In this document: positions 49,662 through 59,799 of the stretch, one piece after another
How the letters are laid out: each line of letters starts with the position of its first letter
Position numbering within the stretch: the first letter of the stretch is position 1
Origin: Candidatus Heimdallarchaeum endolithica
GTDB lineage: Archaea > Asgardarchaeota > Heimdallarchaeia > Heimdallarchaeales > Heimdallarchaeaceae
Assembly: GCA_021513715.1 (NCBI GenBank)
Contig: CP084167.1
Span: forward strand, 2,112,001-2,176,000
DNA length: 64,000 nt
Direction of reading: 5' to 3'
Made by a program: the position numbers and the translations under genes
Notes under the pieces: generated by a model
Database searches by the model: none
Told to the model about the DNA's origin: nothing
Seen by the model: only the letters and a program-made list of their open reading frames with translations

Positions 49662-52600
49662 ATGGAATTATCAGATGACGAGCTAATTTCCGTAAATGTC
49701 AAAGAATATTTTGAGGAAATTAATTCATTGATAGAACAAACTTATAAAATTGCCGAACAAGCAAGAAAAAAAGGTTATGATCCTTCTATTGAAGTTGAAA
49801 TACCTATTGCCAAAGATATTGCTGATCGAGTAGAAGGATTAATTGGACCTAAAGGAGTAGGTAAAAGAATTCGAGAACTTGAGAAAGAAGGATTGTCTCG
49901 AGAAAGTGTAGCGTTTAGAGTTGCTGAAGAAATTGCTGAAGGTAAATTTTTTTCTTCTGAAAAAGTAAATCTTGCTGAACAAGCTATCCGAACATCATTG
50001 GCGATAATAACTGAGAGCATAACAGCAGCTCCTCTTGAGGGTATTGCAAAAGTGAAAATTAAACAGAATGATGACGGGTCAGATTATTTAGCTGTTTATT
50101 ATGCTGGGCCAATACGTTCTGCTGGTGGTACAGCTGCAGGTATGAGTGTATTGCTTGCAGATCACATTCGGAGAGCATTAAAACTTGATAGATATAAACC
50201 CACAGAAAGAGAAATAGAGCGGATGGTAGAAGAAATAGATCTTTATAATAAAGTAATGCATTTACAACTTCCTACAACTAAAGAGGAGCAAAGATTTGCA
50301 GCAAGAAATCTTCCAATTGAAATCACTGGAGAACCCACTGAGCAAGTTGAAGTTTCTGGAAACAGAGATTTAAAACGTGTTGAAACAAATAGACTTAGAG
50401 GTGGTGCTTGCTTAGTTTTTAATGATGGGATTGTAGGTAGAGTAAAAAAACTTGAAAAAAGGGTGTCGAAACATAAATTAGAGGGATGGGATTGGTTTGC
50501 AGAATTAATACAAATACATGCAAGTCAGAATGTTGAGGATTCTGCAGAATCTGATAAAGAAAAGGGCTCAATTAAACAAGAAATTGAACAAGATAATTTA
50601 TTTATTAAACCAGATACAGGATATATTCAAGATGTAATTGGTGGAAGACCAGTTTTTAGTCATCCATCAGCGAAAGGTGGTTTTAGAATTAGATATGGTC
50701 GTTCTAGGACTACAGGACTAGCTGCAATGGGTGTTCATCCTGCACTTTTTGCAATCACAAATGATTTTTTGGTCTGCGGAACACATTTGCGAACAGAAAG
50801 ACCAGGAAAAGGAGCTATTGTCATGCCAGTGGATTCTATTCATCCACCTATTGTGCTTCTAAAAGACGGTACTGTTTGTAAAGTTAATTCCTATGAGGAA
50901 GGTATTAAATTAAAAGATCAAATAGAAAAAATCCTTTTTCTTGGAGATATGCTTTATGGGGTTGGTGAATTTAATCAGTTTAACCATGACCTTGTTCCTT
51001 CAGGATATTGTGAAGAGTGGTGGGCAAAAGAACTTGAAAAACAGTTAATGAATTTCTCTGAAAAAGAAATAAATCAATTTTTTAGAAATAAAAAACATAA
51101 ATTTGATAAATTCATAAAAGAACCATTAACCATTATTCCAACTGCTGAAGAAGCTATAGGATTGTCTCTTTTACTTGATATTCCTCTACATCCAGAATAT
51201 ACCTATCATTGGAATGATATTTCAATTTCTGCATATATTCAATTACGTGAATATATTTCGTTATATTACAATAATGCTGAAAATTTGGAGATACCAAATA
51301 ACGAAAAAATAAAGCATATTTTAGAAGAGATATGTATTCCTCACTCAATTAAAGAAGATAAAATTCTATTTGGAGAACATTCACAAACTTTGTTAATATC
51401 GTTAGGCTTTAAAAATGGAAATTTACTTCCAATAGAAAATAAAGCTAAAACAGTTGTAGAAGCAATCAATTTTTACAATTATATCCAAGTGAGAGATAAG
51501 TGTCCCTGTTACACTGGTGCGAGAATGGGTCGCCCTGAAAAGGCTAAAAGTAGAAAAATGAAACCTCCTGTACATCTTCTTTTTCCAATTGGCGAAGCAG
51601 GGGGTAATCAAAGAAATATTGTTTCAGCGAGTGAAAAAAACATTATTGAAATAGAATTAGTACAAAGAAAATGTCCAATATGTGGTTCTACTACTCATTT
51701 ATCTTTATGTTCGCGCTGTAATGTTGTAACAGAAATTGTTAAATTTTGCCCGAGATGTGGATTAGAATCTAATGATGATAAATGTAAAAGATGTGGAATA
51801 CCTTTAATTAGTTATAAAACTAAACCCTTTCCTATTAATGAAGAATTTAGAAAAATTGCAAGAGGATTCAACTCTGATTTACCTAAAAACGTAAAAGCAG
51901 TTAAAAAATTGATGAATAAACATCGTATTCCTGAATTCATAATTAAAGGAATATTACGTTCTATAAATAATGTATTTGTGTATCGTGATGGTACAATACG
52001 TTTTGATGCAACTGATGCTATAATTACTCATTTTAGACCAAGAGAAATTGGCGTTTCTGTTTCAAAACTTTATTCTATAGGCTATACTCATGATATTTAT
52101 GGTAATTTATTGGAAAATGAAGATCAATTATTAGAATTAAAAATTCAGGATGTAATTGTTAATAAGGAAGGTGGTAAATATCTTCTACAGGTATCTCATT
52201 TCATTGATGAGTTGTTAAAACGGTTATATGGGCTTCCTCCTTTTTACAACGCAAAAACAATGAATGATCTAGTTGGTCATTTAATTATTGGTTTAGCTCC
52301 TCATACTTCAGCAGGTATTGCCGGAAGATTAATTGGATTCACTGAAGCTAAAGTAATTTTAGCTCATCCATATTGGCACGCAGCAAAAAGAAGAAACTGT
52401 TTATTTCCAAGTGAACAATTACTTATTTGGGACGAAAAAAAGCAACAAGTTATTGTGAAAAGTATTGGAGAAATAGTTGAGGAAGAGTTAAAAGCAGGAG
52501 CTAAAAGTAAGCTGGTTGATGATTTTGGGACTTTTGTAATTGAGAATCTTCACAAAGAATGGAAAGTTGTTAGTCTGGATCAAAAGAGATCTTCACCTAT

Positions 52601-54836
52601 TTTACAACCCATCAAACATTGGATTAAAGGGAAAAGTGAAAAATGGCTACAAATAAAAACAAAAAGTGGAAGCGAAATAACAGTTACACCAGAGCATAAT
52701 ATGCTTGTTTTGAATGAACAAACAAATAATTTTGAGAAAGTAAAAGCAAGAATCTTACAGGTAGGAGAATATATTGCTGTTAAAACAAAGATTCCAGAGT
52801 TATGTATTCAACCTAAAAAAACAGTAAATATTCTAGAAGAGTTAGCAAAAAATTTACCTGATAGCAAGAATTTTGCTGAATTTAAACATGCAGTAAGACT
52901 TAGAAAAGCTGGAGGTTGGATACAAAACAAAATAGAACTTTTTTGTAGTAAGCTTTCTCAAGAAAATAAGATTAAAACTAATTCTTCTTCATGCACTAAA
53001 ATAATTCTAAATTATATCCTTTCAAAAGGAATTGATGTACCTCATCATACTTACTTGTTTTCTAATCATTGGTTTGATTCCATTCCTTTATCTCACTTAG
53101 AACTATTACAAAAAGAAGGAGTGTTCAAGTGGCATGAGGTTCCTTCTGATGCGAGATTAGGAATGGCTAGGGATGATTTTACCGTTGCGCCCTATTTTCC
53201 TTTTAATAAAGAATTAATGAAAATTCTAGGTTATTACATTTCTGAGGGGCATATTCGAGACAACAAGAACTGTTATCAAGTTAATTTTTCTGTTCCAGAC
53301 GAAAAAATTAGAGAACATTTGGTGAAAATAATAAAACGAAATCTAGGTATCACTCCCTATATCAGTGAAAAAAGAAATGTTATATGCTCAGGGAGAATAC
53401 TAGCCTACCTATTCGCATACGCATGGAATATGGGAAAAGGAGCTTACAGTAAGCGCTTACCAAACTTTCTCTATACATTACCAAATGACTATAAGTTTGC
53501 ATTTATCTCTGCCTATTTGGATGGAGATGGAACGCTTTCCAAAGATGTAGGTGAAATATCATTCTATTCTGTTTCAAATGAACTATTAAAAGATATAACC
53601 TATCTATTTTCCACAATTGGAGTATTTGTAAGGTCTAGGGTATCATCTCCTGAAGGACATTATGGTAAAAAAGTGCTGGCAAACTATAAAAAGTTAGGAA
53701 AAGAACCAAAAAAAACAGTTGTTCACAAAATATCTATTAGGGGGGCAGACCTATGGATAATGCCTCACCTAGATCTAATAAATCAAATTAAAAAAGAAAA
53801 ATTAAATCAATTTATCATAAAAGGCTTTCCTAAAAAGAGGAGGATAAAATACAATAATCAATATTATGAACTTAAAGAAGCACATAATACTATATGTGAT
53901 CAGATAGCAGAAATAAATAGTATTACAAAAGAAGAATCATCATATTGTTTGGAAGTTAAAACAATAAGAAATGACATAATGTTACATAATTTCCAAACAA
54001 CTAGTTGCATTACGATGAACTGCGATGGAGATGAGGACAGTATACTTCTAGCTCTTGATGCCTTTCTTAATTTCTCTAAATTCTTTTTACCAGAAGTTAG
54101 AGGAGGTCAAATGGATGCTCCACTAATTTTAGTTTCTACAATAGATCCTTTTGAGGTTGATGATGAGTCTCATAATGTTGATACAGGTAACTCTTATCCT
54201 TTGTCTTTTTATGAGTCTACACTTAACTCATTACCAGCAAAGAAAGTTCTCCCCTTAATTGACATTGTAAGCCACAGGTTAAGTACAAAAGCAGCTTATG
54301 AAGGTTTTTCTTACAGTCATGAGACCTCTTCAATTTTCGTTGGAGAAAAATCTTCTCTTTATACTCGTTTAGCTACGATGAAAGAAAAAGTAGATGCTCA
54401 ACTAGAACTTGCTACTAAAATCAGAGCTGTTGATGTTGATGATGTGGCTACAAGAGTTATTTTCAAACAATTTCTCCCAGATCTTATAGGCAATATGCGT
54501 AGATTTGGTAGTCAAAAAATACGTTGCACAAATTGTAATGCCACTTACCGTCGAATACCTCTAGCAGGATATTGTCCAAAATGTGGAGCAAGCAAACTAA
54601 ATCTTACTGTTTTTGAAAAGTCTGTAACCAAATATCTGAGTATTATCGATTATTTAGTATCAAAGTATTCGGTTTCAGAATATTTACGATCTAGGATAGA
54701 TGTACTAAAACAAAACATTTTAACAATGTTTCTCCCTGATGATGGGTCAACTGATAAGAAATCAAGACGCAAAACAAGAAAAACAGGGAAAAAGAAAACT
54801 TCTGTTAACTTATCAGATTTTCTCCTTGAACAGTAA
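49662..54836 (+). CDS. polC: DNA polymerase D large subunit DP2 with intein
   Basis: YAGPIRSAGGT, RYGRSRTTG, GARMGRPEKA, HAAKRRN|...|CDGDED, C-terminal Zn finger. Confidence 0.97.
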   Translation: MELSDDELISVNVKEYFEEINSLIEQTYKIAEQARKKGYDPSIEVEIPIAKDIADRVEGLIGPKGVGKRIRELEKEGLSRESVAFRVAEEIAEGKFFSSEKVNLAEQAIRTSLAIITESITAAPLEGIAKVKIKQNDDGSDYLAVYYAGPIRSAGGTAAGMSVLLADHIRRALKLDRYKPTEREIERMVEEIDLYNKVMHLQLPTTKEEQRFAARNLPIEITGEPTEQVEVSGNRDLKRVETNRLRGGACLVFNDGIVGRVKKLEKRVSKHKLEGWDWFAELIQIHASQNVEDSAESDKEKGSIKQEIEQDNLFIKPDTGYIQDVIGGRPVFSHPSAKGGFRIRYGRSRTTGLAAMGVHPALFAITNDFLVCGTHLRTERPGKGAIVMPVDSIHPPIVLLKDGTVCKVNSYEEGIKLKDQIEKILFLGDMLYGVGEFNQFNHDLVPSGYCEEWWAKELEKQLMNFSEKEINQFFRNKKHKFDKFIKEPLTIIPTAEEAIGLSLLLDIPLHPEYTYHWNDISISAYIQLREYISLYYNNAENLEIPNNEKIKHILEEICIPHSIKEDKILFGEHSQTLLISLGFKNGNLLPIENKAKTVVEAINFYNYIQVRDKCPCYTGARMGRPEKAKSRKMKPPVHLLFPIGEAGGNQRNIVSASEKNIIEIELVQRKCPICGSTTHLSLCSRCNVVTEIVKFCPRCGLESNDDKCKRCGIPLISYKTKPFPINEEFRKIARGFNSDLPKNVKAVKKLMNKHRIPEFIIKGILRSINNVFVYRDGTIRFDATDAIITHFRPREIGVSVSKLYSIGYTHDIYGNLLENEDQLLELKIQDVIVNKEGGKYLLQVSHFIDELLKRLYGLPPFYNAKTMNDLVGHLIIGLAPHTSAGIAGRLIGFTEAKVILAHPYWHAAKRRNCLFPSEQLLIWDEKKQQVIVKSIGEIVEEELKAGAKSKLVDDFGTFVIENLHKEWKVVSLDQKRSSPILQPIKHWIKGKSEKWLQIKTKSGSEITVTPEHNMLVLNEQTNNFEKVKARILQVGEYIAVKTKIPELCIQPKKTVNILEELAKNLPDSKNFAEFKHAVRLRKAGGWIQNKIELFCSKLSQENKIKTNSSSCTKIILNYILSKGIDVPHHTYLFSNHWFDSIPLSHLELLQKEGVFKWHEVPSDARLGMARDDFTVAPYFPFNKELMKILGYYISEGHIRDNKNCYQVNFSVPDEKIREHLVKIIKRNLGITPYISEKRNVICSGRILAYLFAYAWNMGKGAYSKRLPNFLYTLPNDYKFAFISAYLDGDGTLSKDVGEISFYSVSNELLKDITYLFSTIGVFVRSRVSSPEGHYGKKVLANYKKLGKEPKKTVVHKISIRGADLWIMPHLDLINQIKKEKLNQFIIKGFPKKRRIKYNNQYYELKEAHNTICDQIAEINSITKEESSYCLEVKTIRNDIMLHNFQTTSCITMNCDGDEDSILLALDAFLNFSKFFLPEVRGGQMDAPLILVSTIDPFEVDDESHNVDTGNSYPLSFYESTLNSLPAKKVLPLIDIVSHRLSTKAAYEGFSYSHETSSIFVGEKSSLYTRLATMKEKVDAQLELATKIRAVDVDDVATRVIFKQFLPDLIGNMRRFGSQKIRCTNCNATYRRIPLAGYCPKCGASKLNLTVFEKSVTKYLSIIDYLVSKYSVSEYLRSRIDVLKQNILTMFLPDDGSTDKKSRRKTRKTGKKKTSVNLSDFLLEQ
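52398..54020 (+). mobile_element. 541-aa intein with LAGLIDADG endonuclease in DP2
   Basis: Starts CLFPSE after KRRN; block B VTPEH; ILGYYISEG and FISAYLDGDG; ends ITMN before extein Cys (CDGDED). Confidence 0.92.
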
Positions 54837-54864
54837 TAAAAAATGGAATAAATTGAATTATTCT

Positions 54865-55917
54865 TTACTTAACTTTTATATTTATTTTCTTCTGTTTTTT
54901 GTAACTGTACAATAGTAAAGCAATAATGAATACTACTGCAGCGAACCCTAATGCTAACAGAACTAATGAGTAAAAAGGCATAGCAATAGGATTCTTTTCT
55001 TCGTAAGGAGTAATATGTAATAACCAGTTAATTAAGTTCAACCATAACTCTTTATTTTGATCTTCGTTAATAAACTTCTGATTTTCATTAATCAGGAGGT
55101 CACTGAACATGATAGTTGAACCAGAAAGAACAATTCGTGCATTTCCTATCTCTTTAGCAAATAGCCAAACAAGAAAACCATTTATCATATCTTGAACGAT
55201 TGAACCATCTTTCTCTAATGCATAACTAGTTATTTCTGTTCGACCTATAGCGTTTTCTTTTTCTGGTCTGTCAAAAGATATTGCAGTAGAATAAACTGTT
55301 AAATTCTCAACTTTACTTGTTTGTTCAAAAATCTTATTTTTTTCAAGAAACTCATTATCAGAGGTATTGTAATTGACTATTGAAAGAAAAGATTCATTAT
55401 TATATTTATTATGATAATCGTCCATTATAACTGTTGAACTTTTATCTAATCCTGTTCTGAATCTGGCTGAGGATAGTTTTGATAATCGTGCACTAAGTAT
55501 GTCATTGAAGGAAGAAACATGTCCTGTAATATTTGTATCAGAAGAAAGTGGATTAGCAAGTAGAAATAATGAACCTCCTGCTTCAACATAATCTTGAATA
55601 ACCTCAACCTCTTCAGAAGACAAATTGTAATTCTTGTATATTCCAGGATTTCCAATAATAACTAAATCAACGCCCTGAAGATTAGTAGAATTAAATTTCG
55701 ACTCATTGAAAAAGATAAATCTTACGTTTAAACTATCATTTATGGCACTTAAAGCACTTTTCATTAAAGTACTGTTAAAATATTGTCCATGTGATTCATC
55801 AAATAAGATCACATATTCTTTTTCTGTATTAGGTGCAGCTAAAATAAATTGTCCTTTTGTTGTCATAATAAAAGGTGTCATTATAAGAATTAAGAAAGCA
55901 AGAGTCTTAAATTTCAT
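54865..55917 (-). CDS. Membrane-anchored secreted protein (DUF4350/GldG-like fold)
   Basis: Signal peptide, ILFDESHGQ, YVEAGGSLFL, C-terminal TM helix. Confidence 0.7.
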   Translation of the reverse strand: MKFKTLAFLILIMTPFIMTTKGQFILAAPNTEKEYVILFDESHGQYFNSTLMKSALSAINDSLNVRFIFFNESKFNSTNLQGVDLVIIGNPGIYKNYNLSSEEVEVIQDYVEAGGSLFLLANPLSSDTNITGHVSSFNDILSARLSKLSSARFRTGLDKSSTVIMDDYHNKYNNESFLSIVNYNTSDNEFLEKNKIFEQTSKVENLTVYSTAISFDRPEKENAIGRTEITSYALEKDGSIVQDMINGFLVWLFAKEIGNARIVLSGSTIMFSDLLINENQKFINEDQNKELWLNLINWLLHITPYEEKNPIAMPFYSLVLLALGFAAVVFIIALLLYSYKKQKKINIKVK

Positions 55918-56075
55918 TAGAATCTCCTTTATACTTGTTTTGAGTGCAAATAAAAAGAAGTATATTTAGAGTTTTCGCCCTTTGAGGAAATTGGAATATT
56001 CTCAATCATAAGGTTTAAAAAATATTCAAGATGAAAATCCGTTAAGGATAATTTATCATAAGGAAACAACTACGA

Positions 56076-56182
56076 GCCTCGATAGCTCAGCTGGTAGAGC
56101 GTTACCTTGGTAAGGTAAAGGTCGGGGGTTCAAATAGCTCTTTGTTGTGAGCAAAAGCTTGAAATCCCCCCTCGGGGCTCCA
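56076..56182 (+). tRNA. tRNA-Thr(GGT) with a 31-nt intron at position 59/60 (56135-56165), CCA encoded
   Basis: Acceptor GCCTCGA/TCGGGGC, anticodon arm TTACC-TTGGTAA-GGTAA; perfect BHB in the T arm; spliced T loop TTCAAAC. Confidence 0.92.
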
Positions 56183-56202
56183 GATTTTCTTTATTGTCTA
56201 TT

Positions 56203-56835
56203 TTAATCTAAAACCTTTATTCCTTCTTCTGTGATTAAATATAAACTTCTAAAATTCTTATCACTATTTATTGACCATAATTTTTCATTTACTTGATTAA
56301 TTTCGAATGTTGTGTCAACATATTTTTCAAAGATTTTTTTACCCACTATCCCCATACTAGCTCCGAATTTATCCCTTTCTCCTTTCATTTGATTTGTTAC
56401 AATTACTGCTATTTTCATTTTTTTTGCGAATTCTTTTAGATATGCTACTTGAAGGGCTAAAATATTGTATTTGTTAGCTTTTCCTATTTTTGTTCCGTTA
56501 TTTCTGAAATGGTTTGTTATTCCATTTATTGCTATGAATTTTATTTTTCTACTACCTATCAAATTATGCAGGTTTAACACTATTTTGTGTTGTTCATAAC
56601 TATTTTTTGTATGTATTATTATTATTCTTTCTAGTTCCATTTCTTTGAATTTTGTTATTTCTATAAGTCTTTGAACACTCACACTTATTTCTGCATCAAT
56701 AATTATTGCTTTTTCTCCTTTCTGTACTTTTGATGCTAAATGGTATAATAGTGTATTTTTTCCTGATTTTGGTGGACCTACGATATGTGTTAATTTTCCT
56801 TTTTTCAAGCATTGCTTAATTATTTCTTCTAACAT
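56203..56835 (-). CDS. RadB/RecA-superfamily protein with divergent Walker motifs
   Basis: HIVGPPKSGKNT, IIDAE, VIVTNQ; Walker B reads IAING. Confidence 0.75.
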   Translation of the reverse strand: MLEEIIKQCLKKGKLTHIVGPPKSGKNTLLYHLASKVQKGEKAIIIDAEISVSVQRLIEITKFKEMELERIIIIHTKNSYEQHKIVLNLHNLIGSRKIKFIAINGITNHFRNNGTKIGKANKYNILALQVAYLKEFAKKMKIAVIVTNQMKGERDKFGASMGIVGKKIFEKYVDTTFEINQVNEKLWSINSDKNFRSLYLITEEGIKVLD

Positions 56836-56866
56836 TTTTTTTCCTTCTTTTATTTTTTTAAAGTTG

Positions 56867-58552
56867 TTACACTTCTTCGTATTTGTCATTATACCTATTT
56901 ACTATTGGCATTTTCCAACCTATCCCAAAAGCTCTTTTCGTTACTTTTATTGTAGGCGGAGCTTGCCATCTTTTATATTCTGCTTTTCTTATTCTTTCAT
57001 ACACGTTATCTATTTCTTTCCTAGGATAGCCCATTTCTTCTAATTCTGTTTTTGTTCTTCTGTTTTCAATTATTTCATCTACTAATGGACTTACTATATC
57101 AAAATTGAATGGATCATATTGATTTTCTTTTAGTTCTGCAGAAGGTTTTTTTCTGAATACATTTTCTGGTATAATCTCTTTCTTTTCTCTTATATTAACA
57201 TATTTTGCAAGTTTATATGCATCTAATTTATTTACATCTCCTATTACACTTAGTCCTCCTGTCATATCTCCATATATTGTGCAATATCCTAATGCTAGTT
57301 CTGTTTTATTTCCTGTGTTTAAAACGAGAATACCTAATTTTGATAATCTGTTTGAAAAATCCATTAAACAGTTTGCTCTTACTCTTGGCTGGATATTTTC
57401 ATCTGCTACGCTGTTGTCCTCTTCTTTTGACATTTTATAATATTCTCTTACTTTTTTTAATGGTTCTTCTAGAACTTTTGAATACATGTCAACAATGTCT
57501 TGGATTGAAAATTTAAGATATAACATACCTAAATTATTTGCAAGTTGCTCTGCGTCACTTTTACTGTGGTCACTAGAATATTTTGAAGGCATGGATACTC
57601 CTATTACATTGTTCTTTCCTAATGCGTCACATGCTAAACAAGCTACTAAAGAGGAATCAATTCCTCCACTTAATCCTAAAATTGCTTTTTTAAAGCCTGT
57701 TTTCCTAAAATAATCTCTTATTCCTAAAACTATGGCATTGTAAAACTCTTCCTCTCTGTTGTATAGAGGTCTTTCTTCTGGTTTTTCATTACCTCTTTCT
57801 AAATCTAATTCTATTATGGATAACTCTTCCTCAAACTTTTTTCCATAATAGATTGTTTGAGCATTTTTATTTACTATCAAACTTTGCCCATCGAATACTA
57901 GCTCATCTTGTCCTCCCACTAGGTTACAATAAACAAAAGGTGTGTTCGTTTTTCTTACTTTCTCTTTAATTAATTCTTCTCTTTCAATTCCTTTTCCTAC
58001 AAAATACGGTGAAGCAGAGATGTTTATTATTAGTTCAGCTCCTCTTTCAACAAGTAATTCTGTTACTTTGGTTTCATAATCATGATCCCATAGATCTTCA
58101 CAAATTTCAACCCCTAAATTAATCGTTTTCCCTCCAATTTCAACTTTTACAGGTTTTATCTCTTCTCTTTTTGCTGGAATAAAATATCTTAACTCATCAA
58201 AAACATCATATGTTGGAAGTAAAGTCTTTTTTATAGTTCCTATTATTTTTCCAGACTTATATATCGCTGCACAATTGTAGAGCTTGTATTCTTGGTTATA
58301 ATCAATAAACCCTACAATAGTAACAATATCTGGGCTTTCGTTTACAGCTTTCATCAGATAATTCTTGTTTTCTCTAATGAATGATTTTTCTAGCATTAAA
58401 TCATTGACTGGATAACCAGGTATAGATCCTTCTGGAAAAATAACTATGTCTGCACCATTTTCATAAGATTCTTTAGTATACTTGACAATTTTTTTGTAAT
58501 TTCCTTCTAAATCTCCAACTGTAGGGTTGATTTGTGCAATAGCTACTTTCAT
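56867..58552 (-). CDS. nadE: Glutamine-dependent NAD+ synthetase
   Basis: Nitrilase domain (FPE, K..LP.Y.VFDE, EICEDLW) plus LGLSGGIDS and PSAEL. Confidence 0.95.
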   Translation of the reverse strand: MKVAIAQINPTVGDLEGNYKKIVKYTKESYENGADIVIFPEGSIPGYPVNDLMLEKSFIRENKNYLMKAVNESPDIVTIVGFIDYNQEYKLYNCAAIYKSGKIIGTIKKTLLPTYDVFDELRYFIPAKREEIKPVKVEIGGKTINLGVEICEDLWDHDYETKVTELLVERGAELIINISASPYFVGKGIEREELIKEKVRKTNTPFVYCNLVGGQDELVFDGQSLIVNKNAQTIYYGKKFEEELSIIELDLERGNEKPEERPLYNREEEFYNAIVLGIRDYFRKTGFKKAILGLSGGIDSSLVACLACDALGKNNVIGVSMPSKYSSDHSKSDAEQLANNLGMLYLKFSIQDIVDMYSKVLEEPLKKVREYYKMSKEEDNSVADENIQPRVRANCLMDFSNRLSKLGILVLNTGNKTELALGYCTIYGDMTGGLSVIGDVNKLDAYKLAKYVNIREKKEIIPENVFRKKPSAELKENQYDPFNFDIVSPLVDEIIENRRTKTELEEMGYPRKEIDNVYERIRKAEYKRWQAPPTIKVTKRAFGIGWKMPIVNRYNDKYEEV

Positions 58553-58705
58553 GGATAAAAATTATTGATTGTATTATAAAGTCATTTGGTCTAATCTTTT
58601 TTGAACAGTTAGAATAAATTAAGTTAATAATAAATATCTTATTGAAAATAAACAGTGGAGCAATAAATAGTTAAATCTACTGTTTTCAACAGGAAAGAAA
58701 TTATT

Positions 58706-59764
58706 ATGACATTAGAAATAACAGAAATACAAAAAAAACTATTAAAAATGTATATTGGTGAATTAAAGGGAATAAAGGTAATTGGAAAAGAATTGAATAA
58801 AGATCCAAGAACAATAAAACCTCTTTTAACTTCAGTGGGTTTGAAAATACCTTTTCCTGGTTCACTTTGGACAAAAACTAGAAAACATATCAACAAGGAA
58901 TTTGCACATCTTATCCCTTTAGAGATACAAGAAATCATTGAAGGAATGATGCTGGGAGATGCAAATTTACGATTGCAAACAAAATTGCAAGTGAATAAGA
59001 AGCAACCTCTTTTATCAGAATATCTCCGTTTATTGAATAGAGCAGAAAAATTAAGAAAGAAAATAAATGAAGGAAAAACTATAACTAACAAAGATATCTC
59101 TAATTGGAATAGATGTGTATCTAAAATCTCAAAAGTAAATACTGCTGCATTAAGAGTCCACAAATCCATATTAGAGTTTCAGTGGATTAAAACTCTTATT
59201 CCTCTATTTAGTAGTTTTACGAAATTAAAGGTATTTGTTAAACCGAGTAATACAGAATCAATAAAATGGTCTTGTGGCTTTGATACTTCTTCCTCTGTAG
59301 AATTTTTTAGTTATTGGAAAAATTGGTATTCAAATAAATTAGGTAAAACAAAAAAGGTTTTGAAAAAAGATATTACTCTAACACCAACTGTTTTATTATT
59401 TTGGTATATTGACGACGGTTATTTTTCAGGTACTGATTTATCCTTATGTACAAATAACTTTGCATTTGAAGAACAAAAGTATCTGATAAAACTCTTATCA
59501 GAAGTTGGAATTAAAGCAAAAATAAGAAAAAAAGGTAACCACCACCAGATAGGCATTTCTTTGACAAATACAAACAAAAAAGATTTCTTTAGCTATATTG
59601 AGCAAGCACGCCTGTTTAAAATAGCTAATGAGTTGTTTCCATTCAAATTTTCTAATTCTATCTCTAAAAAAGAATGGAAAAACGAAATAAAAGAAAAATT
59701 TCCAGAATATTTTTCTGAAAAAACTGAAAATAGAAAAAAAATCCTTTTAAAACTCTTAAAATAA
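58706..59764 (+). CDS. Free-standing LAGLIDADG-family endonuclease-like protein with possible N-terminal HTH
   Basis: IIEGMMLGDA and LLFWYIDDG motifs, LCTNNF; not inside an intron or intein. Confidence 0.75.
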   Translation: MTLEITEIQKKLLKMYIGELKGIKVIGKELNKDPRTIKPLLTSVGLKIPFPGSLWTKTRKHINKEFAHLIPLEIQEIIEGMMLGDANLRLQTKLQVNKKQPLLSEYLRLLNRAEKLRKKINEGKTITNKDISNWNRCVSKISKVNTAALRVHKSILEFQWIKTLIPLFSSFTKLKVFVKPSNTESIKWSCGFDTSSSVEFFSYWKNWYSNKLGKTKKVLKKDITLTPTVLLFWYIDDGYFSGTDLSLCTNNFAFEEQKYLIKLLSEVGIKAKIRKKGNHHQIGISLTNTNKKDFFSYIEQARLFKIANELFPFKFSNSISKKEWKNEIKEKFPEYFSEKTENRKKILLKLLK

Positions 59765-59799
59765 AAAATTTACTCTAATAAAAAAGAAGAAAAAAGTGA

